Below are positions 32,801 to 44,800 of a DNA stretch of 64,000 bases, piece after piece (positions within the stretch are counted from its first letter, which is position 1; the number at the start of each line of letters is the position of its first letter). The stretch comes from an uncultured Planctomycetia bacterium. GTDB lineage: Bacteria; Omnitrophota; Gorgyraeia; 2-02-FULL-51-18. The stretch is from assembly GCA_964642015.1 (NCBI GenBank), contig CAZXLF010000008.1, forward strand, positions 18,705 through 82,704. Reading direction: 5' to 3'. The position numbers and the translations under genes were made by a program. The notes beneath the pieces were generated by a model. That model did not search any database and was not told the DNA's origin. It was given only the letters and a program-made list of their open reading frames with translations.

Positions 32801-35800
32801 GAAGGGCACAGATGGAACATATTCCCGATTATAAGGCAACTCAACCAAAGAAGCGGAACTTTGAATCCCAGGTCTTTCCGGATTAAGAATATCTTCTCCG
32901 GTACGAGGTAATTGAGTCACAAACAGTCTCAAATCCCTTGTATTAGGCAATTCCTTGCCTGCCAAACGAGCTCCCTGGATCGTAATAAGGTACCCTTGGA
33001 CTCGGACCAAGATGCGCTGATTCTGAGTATCCACTTCTACAAGCGATCCTAATCCTGGAGCGGATAAAAGCTGGCGTCCCAATTCCTCAAGAGACAATGC
33101 TTGAGGGGCAGAGGCAGCGATCTGCTGTATTTGATCTACGGCTTCATTGATGCGGACCCGGGAGATCGCCGGCTCATAAACTTTTCTTTCATATTCCGCG
33201 GCTCTTGAGTTCCATGAATCGTCATATTTAGCAGCCTGCTCGATCAACTGATTCCATTCAGGAGTCTTGTTCCAATAAATATTCGCCGCCTGGTTGACCG
33301 CTTGCAAAAGAGACCTAATCCTTTGATCGCGCGGTTGATTCGGATGAAAAGGTTCATAAGGAAAACCTACTCCGTTCCACTGATCAAAAAAGTCTTTCAA
33401 GCCTCCTGTCTTTGGTGCGATCACAGGTGTACCAAATTTATTCGCTATCTGTTGCGCAATACCCGCAGGCTCAAAATGAGAAGGCATTAAATAAGCGTCG
33501 ACGGAAGCATATAAACGCTGAGCGATCTTATGATCAAATCCGACAAGCACCGTCAAAACATCCGGATACCTCTTTGCCAATTCGACCAACTTGCTCTCGA
33601 TCGCTTGGCCTTCCGTATCGCCTTCCGTTGCGGATCCCTGGATCACAAGTCGGACTCTCTGCCCTTCTGCGCCTCGAACACCGCGCAACGCTTCCAATGT
33701 GCCTTCGTCGATATCGCCGTAACCTTTCTGTCCTGTAAATCGTCCGACACTGCCAATGACAAGATCCTTCAAAAATTCCGACTCAGGAACATGCTGCAGA
33801 CCGCCATTGACCACTTTCAATTTAGAAGTATTTATTCCTTCGCCCGAATTTATCTGCCGATAAAATGCCGTTTTATTTTGGAGATGGGCAGCGACCGCTT
33901 CTTCGGGAGTAAATTGTCTATAGCGAATATGGTCGTTATCTCCTGCCAACGCCGGTTCTGAAGAGGGCGGATGAGCTCCGCCGCCATTGAAGACCGCTAT
34001 CGTTTTACCTTCATCTCTCATGCGCTGGACCATTCCTTCAAATCCAAACGCGGTGCCTCCCTCTTGCGCTGACTTCGTCAACTCGGACAGATTGCCTTCG
34101 CTGACAGCCACAAGACTATCTGCGCCCAATAAAAATCCTTTGCCCAGAGAGATTTTATGTCCCGAAGTATTGTTACGATAATATTCAAGGCCATTATGCG
34201 TGTCAGTCACAAGTTTTGCTTCCAGATTTAATAAATTAGAAGAAGGGTTCTCATCGTGTATCACTTGCGCGATCGTTTGCCCGTTTCTTTCAAATAGGTC
34301 TACTCCGGGTTCCAGAACATGGTCTCTCACCAATTTTTGGATCAATTCATCATTCGGATTCACCAAAAGATAACCATTGAATACACCTTGATAAGCCATA
34401 TTGTGAGTGATATAAACTACGGCTGTTTTCGGAAATTGGCTGGCATAATTGTTCTTCGCATAGACGGGGATCAAGCCGGTTTGCCAATCGTTGGCATGGA
34501 TCACATCGACAGGCAATCCTAATTCGAACACCACTTTCGATAAAATTTCCGACTCGATCAAACCTCTCAAACTATCAGGTTCTTCATAAAGTTTCCTGAA
34601 AAGGATATTTTCCCGGTCTTCTAATAGATTATAGGTAACGCCGTTTCGCACAAAGGTCCTGACATCGATCTTCACAGAACCCCTTCCTACAGGGATCTCA
34701 AGCGTTTTCACCTGGCCTTCTTTGATCACTTTTCCAAAATTAGGCGCGATCAGGCTGACGCGATGTCCGCGCTGCGCAAGATTGACTGGCAGATTCTGAT
34801 TGTAATCAAACTGTCCGCCTGCTTTCGGCAATTCAGTTAGACCGCTTTCCATAGCTACGAATACAATGTTGCGCGGTGTTGTTGTTACATTTCCCACCGC
34901 CAATCGCGCACCACCCACCGTGACATTGGGTCTTTGTATGGATTCAAAGAATTCTTTGAGTTGGCGTTCATCTTTAAATTGAGTGATCGGGATCCCTATC
35001 CATGGATATAAAGGGTGGACGACCTCTACATAACTTGCAGGGACATTTGTCGCACGATAATCCCCATTGTCATCTCCGAGTTCTCCGCCGGGGCTGGGAG
35101 CATGCCAAACTGTCGGAGCAGTTTTAATGGCACGTAGTAAAAGGTCTCTCGAACCTTTTCCAAATTCGCTGTTTCGTATTTGATTGAACGCGTAAGAATC
35201 CGTGAAAAATATTGAGTCACGTCGTTCAGCGCCTTGAGGAATAAAGTTGATATCAAGCCCATGCTCTTTGATGCTTGCGAAATTTACAGAATTGGCGGCA
35301 TGTGAAATAAATTGGTCCAATTGATATTTCTTCGAAGCCGTATCCGAAATAGACGAAAGGAGTCCGTGAGCTCCAGGATTTGCTTCTTGATCGAGCGTTT
35401 GTAATCTTTGGCTGAGCGCCGCAGTAAGCGCATCATGGATCTGTTTTAATCTATCTTCGCGCGTTTGAGTGGGAACCAACGGACTTGTCAGCGGGAAATT
35501 CAACGGTTTACGCTGATAGAAAATTTGATCGCGATTAAGATATGCTAACGCGTAAAGACGACGGCGGGCACCTTCCACTTCGTCAGGATTTTTGAATTTA
35601 ACGATATTGTTAATATCTTGTGCGATGAGTCTATTGATGACTTCTCGAATAGAATCAATGACAAATCGATCCCATTCAGGCACATGCATGTAATATTGAT
35701 CCAGCGATGTAAATCTTGCCCATATCCAGTTATCGTTCGTCGATAAAAACTCGACCGCCGCCTGGATCGCAAGCTCACCTTCAGATGTGGCAGGGTTCTT

Positions 35801-38800
35801 AAAATTAAAGTTCATTTCGACGGGTTTTAACGCAGTGTTTGTCAACACGGCATATACAGGTAAAGACTTGGCTTCGGTCGGAGGAAGCGATTGCGCAAGT
35901 CTTGCTCCTTGAGCAGTTTTCTGCTCTTCCTGGGCCGTCCCTATTCGTTCCATCAGATGCAGCTCATAATCCTTAAGAGCCTTAAGATCCTGAAAAGCGA
36001 TGATTTGATTGTAGGATACTCTTGGTCCGTTCAAATAATCTGCCGGTGCTTTATTATTCCCAAACATCCATTTCACTTTTTCAAAATTCATATTATCCGA
36101 GTCTGCTTCAACCGGCCACATCACGATCTCACCAAGCAGCGTGTCTCCCGTCACGGGATTGCCGTTCGCATCTCTTAAACTAGATAATAATGGTTGGTTA
36201 TTTATATCTTTCCAATTGTTCTGCATCCTATTCCACATGGAGGATTCTTTAACCGGTTTTGCCATGGCATCATTCAGACTGGTATAAATTAAAGCCCATC
36301 CGGACACATTGCCCATTTTAATCGGCCGCGCGGCCAAGAGTTTATTCGAAGCCACCTCGGCCTTTCCGGTAAAATAAGTCACCATGCTGCCCGCTCTTAC
36401 AATAGAGCCTTGTTTCAAAGAACTGAATAATATCGCCACCAATCGATCTATAAGCACATTAATACCGATCAAAGAATTAAACATGGTCGAACTATTAGAC
36501 GCATCGACAGTAAGATGAAGGAAAGAACCGGATCTGCGGTTTTGCTCAAAGTGGAGCAGGTTATACAGAGCTTCGTACAAACTCCCATCAGCCGTCAAAA
36601 GCTTATGATAGATCTCAGCGGAACCGATATCGAAATAGATGGTTTGTCGCGGATCATGGTACGAAGTTACCAATTTCGGCAGGCTCTCCCCTTTTAAAAT
36701 ATTATAAACTTCCGTGTAAAAGTCTCCTTTGTCTGTACCTCGAACCGCGCCGCGTGAAGCCAGGTAAGCATCCAAATCGATACCGCTTCTGATCTTGAAA
36801 AAGTCTCTTGACGTATCCAACTCATAATTGAACTGATGTTGATCCAACAATTGTGTTAACTGATCCAAAGCAACGAGGAACGCTTTATATTCAGCCTTGT
36901 CGCTCGAAGTAACAAGTCCGTTGGCTGTATTCGCATTTAGCAATCTTCTATTATCTCCGCCGGACGCCTGTAATTCGGCTTTCACTTTGGCGTCAAGTTT
37001 TGGATTGGCGAGAATAGAATCTCTATCTTCCTTTTCACCAAAATACTCAACGCTGCCATCTTTCTCATTGGCGATAAAGAAACCCAAACGATTCTGCACA
37101 TCGTTCAGGGATTCAGGACTTGTAATGGCGTTCATACCATTTTTGATCTCATGTCTTCCTATATAGATAGTGTCTCCGGCCAACCAAACCAGGCCAGGCT
37201 GTTTGATAAATTTAAGCCCCTGGGTCAGTTGATAAGCGCCTTGCAAGGCGTAACTCATTACACTCTCGAGATCGCTCCCGTCACGCAAAAGAACAGGTAT
37301 CCTGACATTGTTGGTTTTATTACCCGGAAGAAACCGAGTTGATTGTCCGCCGGCCTGCAACACCACAATATTCAAGTCATCAAAAGTGAGTGACGGCTCT
37401 CGTTGTATTCTGTTGGCGAGTCTTGTCCAATATTGGTTTTTAGGATCATTCAGATCCAAAGTGCCTGCTTTTAGCTGATCAAATATCGCCTTGGCCTCTG
37501 AATATCCGCGGACCAGCATTCCTCCGTTACCGATGCCACGGCCGGGATTGGTGCTGATGAGAACCGGCACATCATTTCGGATAGCGCCTCTATTACCTAT
37601 CCTGCCGGCCCTCAGGGATTCCATGTAACTTTCATAAGATGTTTTTTGATCCTGATCCCATGCGGTCACAATGATCAGATCTGCAGAAGGCTCCGCATTT
37701 TTCATTTCACTATTAACAGCATTTTCTCTGAATTCCAGGGTTTTACGAAGCTGTTCAGAGTTTAAAGCCTCTTCATTCTGAGCCGTAAGGCGTGCACCGG
37801 CAGTCAACCTGATAAGCACAGTCTCAGAATTGTTCCCTTGAGGAATTGCATCGATGCCTGCATTATGGAAATCGTTTGAGATCCATTGCATGAGACGGTC
37901 AAAATTTACTCTGTGATCTATCGAGATGCTTCTGAAATTGCCTTCTAAAACATAATCTTCAAACTTCAAGAACAATTCTGAGTCCAGATGCCTAAGCGCC
38001 TTCAACATATTTGAAGTATGCTCAGGATGGGCCGGGTCTTCTACTAATTCGTAATCCGATGCTTTGACGTTCGCTAGCCTAATCGATAAAGTCCGGCTTG
38101 AATCGACGCTGGTAAGAATATTTGTATTTTGTGGATTTGGCGCATTATCTTGGAAATCTTCCACCCAATCCCTGAATTGACCGGCCGTAACATGTCTGTC
38201 GATATAAATTCCCGCAAGACCTTGACCCGCCATATAAGTATCGAAACGAGCCTTCAGCGCATCTTCCTGTTCTAAGGCGAATAAGACCGTCGCTGTATGT
38301 CTAGGATGAAAATTGTGTTCGTAAATATTATAATTAGCATGTGCTGATACAGGCTTGGTTACGCTCGGAGGAGTAAGGAATTTCATGGGCTTGGCATCGA
38401 TCCTTGTGAGACTAGCGGTCGTCTCCTGGATCGCTTTTTCCAAATAATTCAGCGCAACTTTGACCGTTTTTCCTTTCACATTTGAATCGCCGATCAGGAA
38501 TTTAAACCTGGCTAATGCTGAAGTTTGGTCTGTCATCGTGGGAAGAACTAAAGCGCCTGATTGAATATTTTCTTCAGTTAAAGTAACTGTCGGAGATTGG
38601 TTTGCATCGGCGATCCTTTTCAGAAACCACAGCATATCTCTTAAATTTTCCAGACTTTCTTTTTGCGGTTCAAAACGTGTGTAATCATTCCCTCGAGGCA
38701 CGGTGACATCCTGCATTTCAACAAGAGACCCGGCGATACCGCCCGCCAATAACGTCGGCACCAAAGCCTCGGGTTTTCCTGTCCCTGGAGGATTGGCTAC

Positions 38801-41800
38801 GAATCGGTGAGGTTCAAATCGGAGATTAACCAGTCTTCGGGTAGTAGCATAGATCCAATTCGTCCAACTTAATATGCTGTTGGAACGATTAAGACGATCC
38901 TCCGTGACCAAATCAGGGAGTAGTTCTTTTTGGAATTTACGGTCGTCTACAACATAATTGGCCGTATTGAAGAGCCCCTGCACCGTCATCACATCGCGGC
39001 TCCGGGATGAGAGACTGGTCCAAAATGAATCTTTTATCTCAAAACCTTCCACTAATCTTCTAGTCCACTGATGGATGCCTAGCTTTTGATATAATTTGAC
39101 CAACGGCTGCAAAAGCGCTACCCCTTTTACTTTCGATTGGAATTTTGTCTGAGCTCCTCCTTTTTGGCCTGGCACTTTAACTGCGGATTCCGTAATCAGC
39201 GACGACCCCGTTAATAACTGTATAGCGGCTATTTTAGGATCAACTGTAGCGGCTCTATTATCAACATTTGATATGAACCGGGTTGTGCGTCCCTGCTGAG
39301 AAAGATGTTCGGTCAAACCGGACAATGTCGGAAAAACCATCGACGCATCATGATTGTCAGGCCACTCCAAGGTTTCTTTATCAATTTCAGGATCTACGTT
39401 CCTTGTAAAATCACCAGTCTTTCGATCGTAAGTGCTCGTAGAAGGGATCAATGCCAAATAAATCACTGGGGCATCCGCATCCGAATGAGTATAAATATGG
39501 ATGTCCGGATCTAAACTGAGCACACTTTCATGTAGCCCAAACTGCTGTCTAACGGCTGGGTTCTGAAGCGCTGTACGTGGAACCTCGCGATATCCCATGC
39601 GCCGGATATCCGCGATCGTGTCTTCATTGGTAAAATGGCTCGTCAAAAGAACCAAAGGTATATTATTTTGGTTGGAACCGCTCTGATAAATACCTTTCTT
39701 CTTATAACTGCTATTCGCGGCAGCGATCTGAGCGACAGCTATTTCGTTGAATGTCCTTAAGCCGTGAGATAGAAGGTCAACAAAATAAGTGCCTTTGGCT
39801 TTATCGGTGAAATAAGGCTCATCTCCTTTGTTATATTGCCTCTGCCCGAATCGAAAACCTCTCCCCCCCGCACTGACTACGACATAAAATCTTTTCGCAA
39901 GCTCATTCCCTACCCGCGATAAAAACCTGCCGGTGACCCTGATCTCGGCATTTCCAAGATCCGTGATCTCATTTGCCATATGCTCTAGGCCTACTTCACG
40001 TAAATGTGCCACGGCTTCTCTATAACTGACCCGCAACACGGTCGTTTGTCTATCAGAATAAGGAAAATACACGGAGTCTCCCGATTCCGTGGAAGTGCCG
40101 GGTTTCCAATCAGCCACTTGATTTGAATCCTGCAAGACTGTATCGATATTATTCAGTAAGCTATTTTCATTGGTGGAGGTTGAACTGCTTGAAAAGTCTT
40201 GAGAGATCAGCTCCAGAAGATGCTGTCTATAGATAAGATCTCTCACTTGCAAGCCTAATTTTTCATCATGCTGAGGTCCGGACAATCTGGGATTCGGATC
40301 GGCGACCTTCTGCAATAGATTGTAGGCGTTGATAAATGTTCTGTTCCTTCCAAAATCCTGGGGCCTCGGATTATTCAATAAAGTATGATAAAAAACGTAA
40401 CCCAAATGCGCTTGCGCGATCTTTTTGTAATATTCGTTGTACGGTCTATCGGTTTGGATCTTTCGAGCGATCCTCAAATGTTCGCTGATACTTAATCCGC
40501 CGAATCCGCTGAATCCGAACATGAAAGAAGTAAAATAAGTCCTGGAAGATCTTAAGAAATTCTGCATTATATTGATGCGCTGCCGGTCACTCCGAATATA
40601 CTTCAGCGAATAGATCAGCTTCGACAATTCGCGGAACGATCTCGGATCCGATTTTTTGGCGAGGATCACTTCGATCCCGGGAGGGCCATGAATGGGTTGT
40701 GTATCGATATGATAAGCAGCGTTTATAAGTCCATCGACAACGATCTGCATATATTGAGCTTGTAAGTCGGCCGGAATTAATGAGTAATATTTTTCCAGAT
40801 CGTCCATGAAAACTTTTGAGATCTTAACGATTTTATTTTCGTTATCAGGATGTCTTAAGGTAGCATCCGGGGATGTAGCGCTGGCATCATCCAATACTTG
40901 AAAATCCACTTTTTTAGCGGCAAGGTTGGGGTCTTGATTCAGTCTCGCTGACAAATTATTTCTTAAATCCTGATAAAATACCTGATGCCCATAAAAACCG
41001 GCTGTTTCTCCCGGTTTATTTCTCAACAACACTCCCGCTACGGCCAGTCTTGCTCCACTGGGCTGTTCCAAAAACCCAAGATCCGGATGCAGCATATCCG
41101 CGATCGATTTTGCAGCAGCAGACGGGTTTTTCAGAGCTTCGAACGCTTGAGAATTTCCGGTGATGAGCACGCCGCCTGCTTGATCAGCGCCGTAGGTTAT
41201 AGGAAATTCCGGCGACATCGGTTTTTCATTCACCACTCCATAAACATAAAGCTTCACAGAACCGTCAGCCTGCCTGATCGCGGTCACGTCAAAAGCAATG
41301 CCGTGCGATTTTAATTGATCGACCTTCTTGTATCCTTCTTGAGCCAATTTTCTTACATCGGACGATTGTAAAACAATGACAGTCCTGGCATTTTCGACCG
41401 TCGGGTAATCCATTACTTTGCTGACCTGCACAGTATTATCGATCGTTTCGATCGGCTGAGTTTGAAACTCTTCTATAGGAGGATGCGTTGAGTTGGCCTG
41501 AAAATGTTGGTGATTCTTTACCGAAGAGCCGGCGCCGATCCCGTTGAATATGGTCGTAAATCCGGATTCTTTTGCGAAGTAGATCAAATCAATCAGGCTC
41601 GCCTGATCCAGATCCTGCGGCACTGCAACCTTGCTTGCGATCACAAAATGAAATGGGTCCGCTAAAAATGGATTCGCGACAACATTCCATTTTTTGCTGA
41701 TACCTGCCCATGAGAGGATGCGTTCAATGAGAGGCATGTTTCGAGGATCCAGCCTGTCAGCGGGATCTTGGGCTTTACCCATCAAGAAATGACGGTAAAA

Positions 41801-44800
41801 ATAAGCTGCTAGCAGATAAATTGTTCTTATATTGTATTGATTGATCAAACGGGGAATTTCTGGAGGAGAAGCAGATGTAACTAAACCTTGGGCTTTGCCT
41901 GAGAAATCAGCAAGACGCGCGACAAACGGCCCGGCTCTGACATCGATAATATTTTCGAGCTTATTCTGATCGATGAATCCTATCGCCCTTTGTTCATAAT
42001 GGATCGCCTTCAGTACATCACGCAGTGAATAAATATTCAAAAATTGCAACGCCTTAACCAGCAGATTTCCAGTGAAAGCATTGATACTGGCTATGTTCGC
42101 AGCGGTCGATTTTGTTTTTTCAACTGCAAGTCTGGCTCCAGCTGCTAGCTGCGATTCTCTATCGCGGCGTTGTCCAGCTATGTCTTCAACTAAAGCCTTA
42201 ATCACCGCGTCTTCCTTTAATTTATCTAATATAGCTACGTCTCCTTGAGAACGAAGAGCTTGGAGGTTCGTATATTGGGATTGCAAAGGCTTTAAAAAGT
42301 CAGCAATTTTTTTCGCTCTTTGGCTTTCAAGTATGGTTAAGGCCAATGATTTTTCTGTTTCAGCGCGATTTGCTCCGGGCGCCGACAAAGCACTCTCAAC
42401 TTTTTCTTTTAATCCTTCGGTATCCGAACCTAATTTCTCTCCCAAAATCGCCTCAGCCTGCAAATAGCGCCGGATGATCTTATGATCTGTTAAAGGCGGC
42501 TGTATTTGATCTCTAAGTTTTGCGGCTGCCGGCGCGCCAACGATCGGGACTTGCGCATTGTAATCAAAAGTCGGCGAAATTTTCTCAACGAAAACTCTCA
42601 GCCCTTCCAAAGTCATCGCCGCCATAAACTCGTTCGGATCCGAATGAGGCGTGACAAAAGCGAGCTGAACTGCTAACGGCTCACTCTGAGGCGATTCTAA
42701 CTGATAAGTATGTGTGATCAACCCGGAATACTCTTCGGAACTATGCACAACAAATTGCATAGATTGGTCCTGAAATATTTCTTTGAAAATATCATGAACG
42801 GCCTGAATCTGATCGTTCGAAAGAACATTAGGAGTCATAATATCAATATCTAAATCTTCTACCTTAGAGAGATCCGTGCGGCCATTTTGATCCATGGAGT
42901 CCCAAACGCTCCCCGAAATCTTAAATTGTGCGTTCGCGCTAAATTGTTTTGCGGCATCATCGAGCCGTTTTTGAAGCAACGCCGCATTGATCTGTGTGCC
43001 GTCTTCGGAGAATAATGCAGCCGGACTGACTTGTGCAAGCCGAGCGCCGGTTGGAGCTAATCTCGCTCCTGCAGTCCTATAGTTTTCATCGTAATAATTG
43101 ACGGTCTTAAAAGCCGCAGACTTGGCTTGACCCTCGTCTTCTTTATTTAAAACCAACAAATCAACGCGTTCTCGATCTGTCAGAGCGGCCCAAAGATTAT
43201 TTTGAACGGCCGTTTTGGCCACAGTTTTCGCCTCGTTTAAAGCAGGATTTTGATCAGCCTCTAACTGCCGTAAATTTGAAAGCTCCGCCCCAAGTTGTTC
43301 TGCAAGCACATGCGCGCGAGCCTCTTTTGAAAGGCTTTTTTTGGCTTCGCTGATTTCATAAGCAACAAGCTGATTCACAACCTCTTCCTTTGCTTTAGTG
43401 GCATCAAAGTTTTTAAGGTATAAGAAAGCGTTTTGCTCATCTGCTGAAATCTTGTCCCACAATATTCCGGCTAAATTATTTTTTGCTCCCTGCGCCGCTT
43501 GCTTTTCTGCTGGCAGTGCTGTTGGCTTGGCTGCAATGACTTCAAGCGCACGCAAATTCCTTAAATCTGCCTGGTGCTCAAGCCGTAGCCTTTCTAAAAC
43601 TGTCTGCTGAAATGCTTTTTGGATACGTTCAGCGGTTTTTTTCTGGCCTGCTGTAACCAATGATTGCACTTGTTTAAAAATGTCGGCCTTCGCTTTGGCC
43701 AAATCATCATTATTAGCTATCTTCAGAATATCGTTCCGATCAGCGAGAGAAAATGAATCCCATAGCGCATCAATCAAATTATTCCTAAAATTCCTGGCAT
43801 CATCTTTGGCGGTTGTAATACGGGTATTTAGATCCGCAAGCTGCGCTTCCAGTTCCGGTGACGTCCCTTGAGATGTAATGGCTGCTTGAACGGTTTTCAC
43901 TTGGCCAGCTAACTCTGGCGCAACCCTATCAAGTTCTTGAAGCCTGATAAAATCGGAACGACGGTCCGCCGCGAGACGAGAAATTGAAGGTTTGATGCGC
44001 GCAGAAAGTTCTCCTTGAGCGCGTTCTGCGCGTCCTTTTTGAGATAAAATGAGATACAAAGGACGGATAATAAGTGGGAACAGCATCGCGGCTATCACTA
44101 ATACTGTCATAACTATTTGTCCGGAAAGTATTGTGGTCAGCAATAAAACACCGCCTATGACCAGTGGGCCAAGAACGCCTCCCACATACGCATAAAGCAG
44201 CACGGCGTAAGCAAGATTAATAGATGGGATCACTACGTTCGTGACAAATCTCCCCGCGATCCCTAAATAGTCCCTGAATGAACTAGGCTGTTGAGAAGGT
44301 TCAATACGACGATAAGCCCCGCTCTCAGGTGAACGGTAATACCAGGCACCTAATTCCTTGAAATTACTCATAATCTGTTTCAATCCGCCGGCTAGATCCT
44401 TTTTCACGAAACCAAACCATTTCCTATATCCCACACCCCACGGAGTCGCGCCGGGACCGCTGAGTATCGGCGTAGCTCCCCAACTGATGACTGTAACAAT
44501 GAACAGCCCAGACCAGACCAAGGCGACGCTCTGCCATAAAACGGCTCCGATCACAATGACCGGTAGCATCATCGCGGATATGACTATTTGTTTCTGGAAC
44601 ATTGTCAGCGTCGACTCATTCAGGCCGAAATGCTGCAAGGCCCAGCCCTTAGGGCTCACGACAAATTCCGCGAGGCCTTTCAAGCCTTTGATCTGACCAA
44701 ATGCGTATAACGGAATATACGCGGTGAAAATAAAAGCCAACGCGGGGAACGCAAAAAGAAAGTAAAGGGTGCCTCGGACAAAACCCTTGTCGAGCCACAT

